The notes beneath the pieces are model-generated. The model worked only from the letters and a program-made list of their open reading frames with translations, made no database searches and had not been told where the DNA came from. Below, piece after piece: positions 50,680-61,483 of a stretch of 64,000 nt of DNA. Origin of the DNA: Pristiophorus japonicus. Taxonomy: Eukaryota. Position numbers and translations under genes: made by a program. Location: positions 259,656,001 to 259,720,000 of the forward strand of contig NC_091978.1 in NCBI RefSeq assembly GCF_044704955.1, read 5' to 3'. Numbering within the stretch: the stretch's first letter is position 1; every line of letters begins with the position of its first letter.

Positions 50680-51823
50680 TCCCAACCTCAAATCATGAGA
50701 CTCACCACTTGTTTTCTTGATTCCCTCTCCATTCAATTCCTTTTCCAAGCCCCCATGCTACCTGACATTGTTCATGATTCTCTCATCAGGGACTGTCCCT
50801 GTGACTGTCAAAATTCACTCAACCCATCTGCTTCCTTAATTTTTTTAGCCCCCCTCAACCTCCATTTCCTCTCTAAGACTGTTCAACATGTTGCCTCCCA
50901 GCTCCATGTCCAACTCTCCCGAAAGTATATTTGAATCCCTCTAGTCTTGCTTCCATTCAGCACTGAAACTACTCTTACCAAAGTCCAGATCAGCTATGAC
51001 TATGGTACAATAATCTCCTTGTCCTCCTGGACCATGTGCAACACCTGCCTTCTCCACCATCCAGTACCATGGTTCCATTCTTACCTATCTGATCATAGGC
51101 ACTGCATCTCTAATAATGGCTTCTCCTCCCTCTCCCGTATTGTTAACTCGAGAGGTCCTCCAAACATCTATTCTCGCGATCTATATACCACCACTTGGTG
51201 ATATCAGTAAGCACAGGGTTAGCTTCCACATATATGCTGATGTTACACAACTATACCTCTCCACTGCTTCTCGGCCCCCTCAGCTCCCTGTACTGACAGC
51301 ATGCTAATGTGACATCAATTCTGGATGAACTACCTGACCAGACCACTCTCAACCTAATGCCATCCCTTCAGGTGGAACCAGACCATTCACAAACTTGGCA
51401 TAATATTCAATCCTGAGCCAAACTTGAAACCCCACATGATATCGATCAGCAAGATCACTTCCTTCCACCTCCACAGCATATTCAACTCTGTGTACGTATT
51501 CCGTGACTATGGTTTTGCCCCACCTGCTCTGGAAGCTCCTCCTGACCTATAACCCTTCCCCCTCCCATTACTCAGTTTCTTTGATTCTAACCTATTAATT
51601 ACCCTTCCTTCATCCAATTTGTATAGTGTTCAGCCACATCCTTTCCTTGCTCTCTTCACCTTAAAAATCGTCTCAAAACCCAACTATTCAGCTAAGCTTT
51701 CTACCTCACCCACTATTCTCTCGTTCTCTTCCTAGATCAGTGTCAATTCCCAACATTCATCTGTGAACTGTCTTAAGACATTTTATACATTAAAGATGCT
51801 TTACAAATTCAAATTATTGCTGT
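50680..51823 (+). mobile_element. Old L2 LINE fragment
   Basis: STETTLTKV, WFHSYLSD, FHIYADVTQLY motifs; L2-like tail. Confidence 0.7.
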
Positions 51824-52016
51824 TCAGTGCAGCAGAATAATTGGAAAATGGTGACCATAACAGTTAGGTTCGAAGTGAAAAACAGAAAAGGAATATGAAA
51901 CAGATAATGAATGGACTAGAAAAACAGTTGAAAGATCTGTCCTAAAATAATTCAACAATGTGCAAGAACACAGAGTCTGTAAAAGTATCATCCACTCTGC
52001 TGCACAGCCCGGGAAC

Positions 52017-53030
52017 GCTCTGTGCAGTGCTGGCTCGGTTTGTGTAGTGCCCGGGGCCGCTCTGTACAATGCCAACCCGTTTGTGCAATGCCCGGGGCCC
52101 GCTCTGTGCAGTGCCCCGGTGTGTGCAGTGCCCAAGGCCCGCTCTGTGCATTGCCCCGGTGTGTGCAGTGCCCAGGGCCAGCTCTGTGCAGTGCCCAGGT
52201 GTGTGCAGTGCCCAGGGCCCGCTCTGTGCAGTGCCCCAGTGTGTGCAGTGCCCAGAACCCGCTCTGTGCAGTGCCCCGGTGTGTGCAGTGCCCAGGGCCC
52301 GCTCTGTGCAGTGCCCCGGTGTGTGCAGTGCCCAGGGCCCGCTCTGTGCAGTGCCCAGAACCCGCTCTGTGCAGTGCCCCGGTGTGCAGTGCCCAGGGCC
52401 CGCTCTGTGCAGTGCCCCGGTGTGTGCAGTGCCCAGGGCCCGCTCTGTGCAGTGCCCCGGTGTGTGCAGTGCCCAGGGCCCGCTCTGTGCAGTGCCCCGG
52501 TGTGTGCAGTGCCCAGGGCCCGCTCTGTGCGGTGCCCCGGTGTGTGCAGTGCCCAGGGCCCGCTCTGTGCGGTGCCCCGGTGTGTGCAGTGCCCAAGGCC
52601 CGCTCTGTGCGGTGCCCCGGTGTGTGCAGTGCCCAGGGCCCGCTCTGTGCAGTGCCCCGGTGTGTGCAGTGCCCAGGGCCCGCTCTGTGCAGTGCCCCGG
52701 TGTGTGCAGTGCCCAGGGCCCGCTCTGTGCAGTGCCCCGGTGTGTGCAGTGCCCAGGGCCCGCTCTGTGCAGTGCCCCGATGTGTGCAGTGCCCAGAACC
52801 CGCTCTGTGCAGTGCCCCGGTGTGTGCAGTGCCCAGGGCCCACTCTGTGCAGTGCCCCGGTGTGTGCAGTGCCCAGGGCCCGCTCTGTGCGCTGCCCCGG
52901 TGTGTGCAGTGCCCAGGGCCCGCTCTGTGCGGTGCCCCGGTGTGTGCAGTGCCCAGGGCCCGCTCTGTGCAGTGCCCCGGTGTGTGCAGTGCCCAGGGCC
53001 CGCTCTGTGCAGTGCCCCGATGTGTGCGGT
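52017..53030 (+). repeat. 40-bp GC-rich minisatellite (CGCTCTGTGCAGTGCCCCGGTGTGTGCAGTGCCCAGGGCC)n
   Basis: Read directly; the unit is a dimer built on TGTGCAGTGCCC. Confidence 0.96.
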
Positions 53031-53460
53031 GCGGGTGAGCAGCGCGCGGCGCCATTGACCTACCGAACCCAGCTGTGGAACGTCCCCCGGAGCACGCGCT
53101 CCCTCCGGCCACGTGCGCTCAGCCCCGCTTGTAAAGGGGAAAAGAGCAAAAGGCAAAACCTAATTTACTTCTCGAGGCGTTGAAGCAAACCAATGGCTTT
53201 ATATAAAATTAGTTGACATTGCACAGCTCAGTCGCCTGTTATGTTTCAAATGCCGATTCATCTCAACTTTGTTTCCAGTTTTCAATTAGACTTTTTTTTA
53301 CCACGCTTTTACGACAGTCTTCGGTCGCTTCGTCTCCGACCGCCGCATCACCAATGAATGTGAGCGCTGTCAGCCGGCGTGCCCTCTATAGGGAGCGCAT
53401 TGCAACGACCCAGAGCAGCACAGTAGTTGTGCGCCGTCTAGCGGCAGAATCTGTGCACCA
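53030..53460 (-). promoter_or_regulatory. CpG-rich unique segment: probable GAR1 promoter and non-coding first exon
   Basis: The only non-repeat CpG-rich block upstream of GAR1; minus-strand donor CG|GTAGGT at 53063; E-box CACGTG at 53110-53115. Confidence 0.55.
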
Positions 53461-53462
53461 CT

Positions 53463-54200
53463 TCAACAACAACAACAACAAAACTTGTAATTATATAGCT
53501 CATTTAAAGCAGCAAAACGCGCTAAGGCGCTGCGCAAGAGTGTTATGAGACAAAAATTTGACACCAAGCCACATAAGAAGAAATTAGATCACCAATAGCT
53601 TGGTCAAAGAGGTAGATTTTAAGCGACTTAAAGGAGGAAAGTCATGTAGAGAGGCAGAGAGGTTTAGGGAGGGGATTTCAAAGCTTAGGGCCTAGGCAGT
53701 TGAAAGCACAGTCGGCCATAGTTGAGTGATTATAATCAGAATTAGAGGAGTGCAGACATCCTCGGGGGTTGTGGGGTTGAAGGAGTTGTGTGATGGTGGT
53801 TCAGTGGTAAGCATGGTTGTCTTCCAAGCAGTTGACCTGGGTTCAATTCCTAGCCATCACATTTGTCAATTTCTACTTGAGGATGAAATGATCCTCTGAT
53901 GACTCTGGTTGCAAGCAGTTCTTACAGCAGCATCTCATGGATTTTCCCCTCCCCTTTTATAGGGGGCACTTGTAAATTATGGTTTTAGAGCCAAAAAAAA
54001 CACAAAAAAAACCTACAAAAATACAAAAAAAAAGGGCCTTGGGAAATGTTTGGAGTGTCCCCCAGATCGGGGGGGGGGGGGGGGCACTTGATCTAATGTT
54101 TATTTTGTTTACACTAATAGAGTTGTGGGGTTGAAGGAGATTGCAGAGATAGGGAGGGGCGGGGCCATGGAGGGATTTGAAAACAAGGACGAGAATCCTT
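53463..54200 (-). mobile_element. L2 3' fragment interrupted by the tRNA-headed insertion
   Basis: (AAC)n tail at 53463; ILVLVFKSLHGPAPPYLCNLLQP. Confidence 0.7.
53790..53861 (+). tRNA. tRNA-Gly(TCC)-like sequence, probably a pseudogene or SINE head
   Basis: 72 nt, acceptor stem GTGATGG/CCATCAC, anticodon loop CTTCCAA, T-loop TTCAATT; the anticodon stem is weakened by G-U pairs. Confidence 0.75.
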
Positions 54201-54230
54201 GCTGATACACTGGAATAGGACTCCTTCGAC

Positions 54231-54834
54231 AACTATTTTAAGTAAACTTTAAATCAATTGTTCCGCCCCCGCCCCTCCTTGTTAAAGGGGCACTAGAACC
54301 AGCAAATTAACAACTGAAACTTTTACAGTAACTTAAATCAAATTAAAATTTGGTTACCAGGGTTGATGATGCACTCCAGTCCCTCCGGTGTACACCTCTT
54401 GTGGAAGGCCACGAGTGTACCGGTGACACCGCGTGCTCCATCTCCAGGGACACCCTGGCGCAAACGTAAGGACTCCCTCTATAACTCTTTTGGAACACAA
54501 AATTAAACAGTTAAACCAAGTACCCCCTGATCTGAGGGACACTCCAAACATTTTCAAGGCCCTTTTTTTCCTTTTTTGTTGTTTTTTTTGTGGGTTTTTT
54601 TGGGCATTAAAACAAATAATTACAAGTGCCCCCTATAAAAAGGCATGGGGGGACACTAAAAACCCAGCAATAAAACAAATTAAACTTTAAACCATATAAA
54701 ATCAAATTAAAATTTGGTTGCCAGGGGTGATGATGCACTCCAGTCCCTCCAGCGCCCACCTCTCGCGCAAGGCCACGAGCATACCGGTGGACACCACGTG
54801 CTCCATCTCCAGGGACACCCTGGCGCGAACGTAA
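54231..54834 (-). mobile_element. Two tandem 5'-truncated Tx1-like non-LTR fragments (54231-54469 and 54483-54834)
   Basis: Both encode YV(R/C)ARVSLEMEH...EGLECII(T/N)PGNQILI-stop, resembling a Tx1 ORF2 C-terminus, followed by 3' UTRs. Confidence 0.65.
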
Positions 54835-55254
54835 GGACTCCCTCTACAAGAAGCAGATGGGATTTACAACTGTGCATATTTTGTTCATCAGCCGCCGATG
54901 CCCAGACTAGGAGAAACCCATCATCATATTTAAGAGTCTCCGCCAAACTACTGAGAAATCCACACAGGGAAAGTTTCTGTTTTTCCTGTAGGGACACAAC
55001 CTAAGTCTAGGCTGCCTAAGTCCAGAGAGTTTAGGCCCATATGGGCTAGAGTGAAGAATTAGAGAATGTCAGATATGCTCAGGAGTTGAAACAGATAAAA
55101 CCATGCAGCCTACCAGGGCAGGACGCTGGTAAGCTTCCTACTACTTGTCTACCCTATCCATTGGGGCATTTTACATACCTGCAGCTGAGCGAGAAACATT
55201 CCAGCTCCCAGAGCCTATGGATGAGTCATGTTGGATGGTTAGTAAGCAAATGTT

Positions 55255-55800
55255 TTCTTACCTAAGAAAGGATATACTTGCCTTAGAGGGAGTGCAACGT
55301 AGGTTTACTAGACTGATCCTGGGATGGGAGCATTGTCCTATGAGGAGAGATTGAGTAGACTAGGAGACTAGGCCTATATTCTCTAGAGTTTAGAGGAATA
55401 AGAGGTGATCTCATTGAAACATATAAAATTCTTAAAGGGCTTGACAGGATAAATTCTGGAAGGATGTTTGCCCTGGCTGGGGAGTCTAGAACCAGGGGTC
55501 ACAGTCTCAGAATAAGGGGTCGGCCATTTAGGACTGACATGAGGAGAAATTTCTTTACTTAAAGGGTTGTGAACCTTTAGAATTCTGTACCCCAGAGAGG
55601 TGTGGATGCTCAAACATTGAGTCTATCCAAAGCAGAGATCGATATATCTTTGGATACTAAGGGAATCAATGGATATGGGAATAGTGCAGGAAGGTGGAGT
55701 TCAGGTAGAAGATCAGCCTTGATCTTAGTGAATGGCAGAGCAGGCTCGAAGGGCCATATGGCCTATTCCTGCTCCTATTTCTTATGTTGTTCTGTTCTTA
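55255..55800 (+). mobile_element. CR1 3' fragment
   Basis: YLRKDILALEGVQRRFTRLI and CR1 tail. Confidence 0.85.
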
Positions 55801-56089
55801 AATGTACCCTGGAGTACTGTAGACCTGCTTGGCTTAGGGATCAGATTACCAAGTCTGCCACAGGGGGATTGACTTGGTTTTAAAACATGCAAACTAATTG
55901 TATATGGTGGGCCTGATCCGATATCCTGGTGCTGGCCACATTCAAAAAAGTTATTGAAATAGAAATAGATAAAGATAAATCATATAGGTATTTACATTTA
56001 GATCTTATTTACTGCTACTGCTGCTCCACAATACCTGGTACCCCTTAGCTTGAACCATTGCACCAACATTTGGAGCAAATGACTGGGCT

Positions 56090-56479
56090 GAGGTTATCTT
56101 GAGTATCGTGTTAGGTTTGTGTCATAAGATTGAGAACATGGTTTAGACTTGTTCATAATTATGATGGAAAATACTTGGACACACCCATGCATAGTCCCAC
56201 ACATGGAAATAATTCTTGATGCAAAGGACTTCAGTTTGGAATAATGCGGTGCCAGATATTGATAACACTTGGTAACATCAATGTTGGAAAACTTGTCCTT
56301 CAATGAAAGTGACACACTGTAGTTCAATAAATTTCAATAACTTCCATTTGGGATTCTTCTGGTACATCATGCACATTGACAGAAAATGGCAAACTGAAAA
56401 TTGCAAACTTACCTTCATGGTTCCTGAAGTCAGAGAATTGTTCTTCAAATTCCTTTCTCAGTTCAGCAATTTTGGCCAT
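56090..56479 (-). mobile_element. hAT (Charlie/GTF2IRD2-like) transposase C-terminal remnant
   Basis: YSKLKSFASRIISMCGTMHGCVQVFSIIIMNKSK resembles the hAT dimerisation domain. Confidence 0.6.
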
Positions 56480-56762
56480 TGTAAGATGTCTAAATCTCTG
56501 GCATTAAATTGACAGCAATACCAATTCTTTTAAAATCACTTGGAATAGTTTATTAAACACACACACATGTACATCTATCAGCAGTCGTCAGCTATCCTAT
56601 GGATCTACTTAGTTACAACAGATATAATGTTGTTACAGTAATGATTTATAAAAAGGTATACATCACTTCCCTCTGGCAAAGCCTGCTTCTTGGTCTGTAG
56701 AGGAAGGTCCTGCTTTTGCCGTGTGCTTAAGAAAAGAGAGAGCTAGCAATCTTTGCTTGGAT

Positions 56763-57815
56763 TATTCATCATAGGCAGTCCCTCGAAATTGAGGAAGACT
56801 TGCTTCCACTCCAAAAGTGAACAGTCCAATTTGGGAATTACAGTCTCTGTCACAGGTGGGACAGACCGTCGTTGGAGGAAAGGGTGGGTGGGGAGTCTGG
56901 TTTGTCACACGCTCCTTCCGCTGTTTGCACTTGCTTTCTGCATGCTCTTGGCGACGAGACCCGAGGTGCTCAGTGCCCTCCCGGATGCTCTTCCTCCACT
57001 TAGTGCGGTCTTTGGCCAGGGACTCCCAGGTGTCGGTGGGGGTGTTGAACTTTATCAAAGAGGCTTTGAGGGTGAGCTTGAAACATTTCCTCTGCCCACC
57101 TGAGCCTCGCTTGCTGTGTAGGAGTTCCGAGTAGACCGCTTGCTTTGGGAGTCTTGTATCCGGCATACGGACAATGGGCCCGCCCAGCGGAGCTGGTCGA
57201 GTGTGGTCAGTGCTTCGATGCTGGGGATGTTGGCCTGGTCGAGAATACTGATGTTGATGTGCCTGTCCTCCCAGGGGATTTGCAGGATCTTGCGGAGACA
57301 TCATTGGTGGTATTTCTCCAGCAATTTGAGGTGTCTACTGTATATGGTCCACATCTCTGAGCCATACAGGAGGGCGAGTATCACTACAGCCCTGTGGACC
57401 ATAAGCTTGGTGGCAGATTTGAGGGCCTGATCTTTGAACACTCTTTCTCAGGTGGCCAAAGGCTGCGCTGGCGCACTGGAGGCTGTGTTGAAACTTGTCA
57501 TCAATGTCTGCCCTTGCTGATAATAGGCTCCCGAGGTATGGAAAGTGGTCTACGTTGTACAGGGCTGCGTCATGGATCTTGATGACTGGGGGGCAGTGCT
57601 ATGTGGTGGGGTCAGGTTGTTGGAGGACCTTTGCCTTACGGATGTTTAGTGTAAGGCCTATGCTTTCGTACACCTCAGTGAAGATGTTGATGATGACTTG
57701 GAGTTCAGCCTTTGAATATGCGCAGACGCAAGCGTCGTCCGCGTACTGTAGTTCGACGACAGAGGATGGGATGGTCTTGGATCTGGCCTGGAGGCGACGA
57801 AGGTTGAACTGGTTC
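56763..57815 (-). mobile_element. RTE-clade LINE 3' fragment inside the LTR
   Basis: Same family as 38750-39728; QYADDA motif; (ATG)n tail. Confidence 0.85.
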
Positions 57816-58411
57816 TATAGTTTAGTTCCACTCCCTTTTTATACCCCTTAAGGCCATTGTTTCTCAGAAAGCTTCAGGATTGGATCTTAGTTCCAGGGCC
57901 GTTCCTGATTGGCTTCTTCTCATATATGTGTCTGACAGGAGGGCCGGTGCAATTCCTTAATTAGATTAATAGCTTTCCAATTAACATCTTTTTTAGTTTG
58001 GTGCGTTTCAAAGCCATGCTTCCTTTGTAACTTGAGCTCTGCCCAGCCAGAGTAGGCATGAACTTGGGGAAGTTATCCATTTTGTTTCTTTCAACACAGC
58101 AGCCTTTCTGTATAATCTACACTTTTAATGTTCAAAATCAATTTTATTATTACTAAACACTTTTATTCTGACAGACTCACCACCTTGAGGGGAAAATATC
58201 CTTATTGACTCCTCATATGGTTTATTTCCTCAGGGCTCACATATCATAAACATTGACAGGGTTCTGATAGCTCTGCTGTTTATGTTTCTTTGAGGTGGCT
58301 GTTCGCTATATAATGGGTTTTAAACTTAGAGAGAGAGAAAAAAGTGGATGGCTTGACTCGGTCCCCACCTCGTAAGTTGTATGTCACATGTAGGGGATTT
58401 ACTATAGCACA

Positions 58412-58893
58412 ATAAGAAAGGATATACTTGCTTTGGAGGCAGTTCAGAAAAGGTTCACTAGTTTGATTCCGGAGATGACTTATGAGGACAGGTTGAGTAG
58501 GTTGGGCCTCTACTCATTGGAATTCAGAAGAATGAGAGGTGATCTTATTGAAACATATAAGATTATGAGGGGTTTTGACAAGGTGGATGCAGAGAGGATG
58601 TTTCCACTGATATGGGAGACTAGAACTAGAGGGCATGATCTTAGAATAAGGGGCCACCCATTTAAAACTGAGATGAGGAGAAATTTCTTCTCTCAGAGAG
58701 TTGTAAATCTGTGGAATTCACTGCCACAGGGAGCTGTGGAAGCTGGGACATTGAATAAATTTAAGACAGAAATAGACAGTTTCTTAAATGATAAGGGGAC
58801 AAGGGGTTATGGAGAGCGGGAATGAAAGTGGAGCTGAGTCCATGATCAGATCAGCCATAATCTTATTGAATGGCGGAGCATATACCACTTGTT
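58412..58893 (+). mobile_element. CR1 3' fragment inside the LTR element
   Basis: EAVQKRFTSLIPEM...RVVNLWNSLP. Confidence 0.85.
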
Positions 58894-61483
58894 CCTACCA
58901 CTTGGAACTACATGGTTTCATTGTCAGGGGATTCATCCCTGTTAAAAATAGCTGGCCTGGCGTTCTCATGAGCCTTCCCATCATGGCTTGATATGAAGAA
59001 GCCCCTGTTGTTTTGTGAGGTGTGGACCTCATTGCCATTAAGCACATTAGCAGCATGTTAGCCCATTGAGTGGGGTGGTTCACGCACAATTTTTTTAACA
59101 TTAACTTGAGGGTTCTGTGCCCCATTTAGACCCCTCCGGACAACTGGGGGTGGTGAGCGATATGTAATTTTTCCTGCAGATGGGTAAAAATTTTACCTGT
59201 AAAGTGTGAACCTTGATCGCTGTCCACTTGTACTGGTACTCCCCACCTACAAAACACATGATTTAATAGTGTTTTGGCTATTGTGATTGCGGTGTTGGAG
59301 CGGAAAGGCAATGCTTTGATCCATTTCGTGAATTGATCCACCACCACGAGGGCAGGCTGAAAATTTGTATAAGGGTTATCAACTGGTCCAATCGTTGATC
59401 TGTCCCAGAGGGCTTGGATTTGTCCCTCGGGAGGTATCTATGTGTTGCACAGTGCCTGCCTGGGTCTGCTGCAGTCTTTTGCTAGGTGGCCTGCCTTCTT
59501 ACAATTAAAGCACTGTCCCTTAAAGGGGTAACACCAAATCCCCCCACCGTTGACACTGGTTTATTTGCGGCGGATGGTGACTTCACATTTAACTGGTCTT
59601 TTAACACCTCCCAGGCTATTTGAGCGCTGGTCTCTATATCTGTCTACTGATTGGTGGGCTTCATGGCAATGCCCAGGATGATTTTAACTAAAGAGTGGAG
59701 TTGGGTCAGGAACATCGATTTAAATTGTTCCTGATTCTTTCCTACTGCAGCATTTGCAGATGCCTGGTTCTGGGTATGTTCATAGGTATCGTACAGGCGA
59801 AGGCTGTAGTGGTATCTTCTGGGCGTTGCTTGGTCTGATTAAGCAGAGCACCAAGTTTAAGTTTTGGATCCCTAAACGTTTAGGATCTCAGTCATGGCTG
59901 CATCGGCCGCTGTGTCAGGCTGGAGGACTGCATCTGGCAGATTATCTTTTAGGGAAGTGGAACAGGCAAAGAGGAGGATTCATGTTAAGTCTCTCTCTCC
60001 AAACTCAGGGTGACTTCTCCTGAAATTTGTCTGCCTCCTGTTAACTTCCAGTGGGTTGTCCCCATCATTAATGGGCCCCAACTCGTGTCTACCTGCCATG
60101 GCGTCAGCACCAGATATGGGCTGTGAATCGGCATGGTTACTGGTGAGGTGACCATGCGCATTACGTTGTAAAGAAGTAGTTACTACTGCTACAATTGGCC
60201 CTCGTGTCTCCAAGGTATCCCATCCCACCTCCTGGGGATTATACTGACTGCCTTCCTGTTCCCAATCTTTTTCCCCTTTGTCCCCTTCTGTTGTCTCTGT
60301 TATGGCTCCCCATGTTACTGCGGATGCCAGGGCCTGCTGCTCCCGAACTTACTTTTTAGCCTCACTTTTTCTAGTTGGCACCAGAAGTGGTCTGCCTCCC
60401 TATGTGGCTTCTTAATTACTTCCCTTAATGCCCCCCTAGCATCTTATACCTCTTACCAGAGCCCCAAGTTTCCAATTTATATTTTTTTAACCCTAATTTG
60501 TTTTCATTCGTTTCAGCGATGGCTGCTGTGGCATTTAAATTAGAAAGGCTTTGTTGCTGTAGCAACGAAGCTGCCTGTTCGGCCCCTCTTTCTAATTGCC
60601 TAATACTGTGGTTTAATTGATCAATTTCTTATCTCAAATGCTGTATTTCTCCCTCCTTTAACTGCTGAATAAATGAAGGCTTTCATCCTTTTGTTCTTTT
60701 ATATTTTGAATCTCTTTTTTGTTTAGTCGAACCTCTTTTATTTGCGATTCTTTTAAATTTTGTATCTCTTTTGTCCTTTGGTCTTTTAAATCTTATATCA
60801 CTTCCCTTAAGCAACGCCCAATGACCTCATTTACGGGGCTAGCGATCCAAACAGTTCCTTGGCGGGGTTCACCCTACCGGTTCCCCCACCCCCCAACTCC
60901 CTCACCTTTCTAACGTTACGAAATCCGGAAATACCCGAACTTTGGCTCGGGTGTTTCCAAATTCGGGATGTCAGAAAAACATCGAAAGTCTGGAAAAGCC
61001 TGGAATCTGGAACGGTCTCGGTCCCGAGGGTTCCAGATTCTCGACGCTGCACCTGTAGTTCAAACTTCGCAACACAGGTTAGAATCGCCACTCCCGAGAT
61101 TTCCAATTGTTCAAAAGAATGATCAAAAGCTGTCTCGCCAGATCCTGGACGAGCCCCCAATTTTGTAAGATTTCTACATTTCTGGCATTAAATTGACAGC
61201 AAGACCGATTTGGAATAGTTTATTAAACACACACACATACGCAAATGTAGCAGCAGTCATGAGCTATCCTACAGATTTACTTAGTTACAACAGATACAAT
61301 GATGTTACAATAATGATTTATAAAAAGGTATAAAAAGCTATACTTGACTTCCCTCTAGCAAAGCACACGACCTTCTTCATTATCTGTAGAGGAAGGTCCT
61401 GCTTTTGCCTGGTGCTTAAGAAAAGCAAGAGCAAGCAATCTTTGCTTGGGTTATTATACCCCTTAAGGCCATTGTTTCTCAGA

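Larger units (their letters stand above)
56480..61483 (-). mobile_element. Internally deleted LTR retroelement (gag CCHC and integrase) with tRNA-Pro PBS
   Basis: LTR copies at 61164-61483 and 56480-58173 (split by an RTE); PBS TGGGGGCTCGTCCAGGAT at 61142-61159; CFNCKKAGHLAKDC; VVDQFTKW...SDQGSHFTG. Confidence 0.85.

Noticed and set aside
52017-53030. CRISPR-like array
   Set aside because: No unique spacers, eukaryotic context, no cas genes
51824-53183. Cys- or His-rich 330-400-aa ORFs resembling keratin-associated or metal-binding proteins
   Set aside because: All six frames are open because of the 40-bp minisatellite; no splice or codon evidence
53790-53861. Functional tRNA-Gly gene
   Set aside because: Three G-U pairs in the anticodon stem, CpG-decay-type changes, no T4 terminator directly downstream, and it sits inside a TSD; tRNAscan-SE would decide
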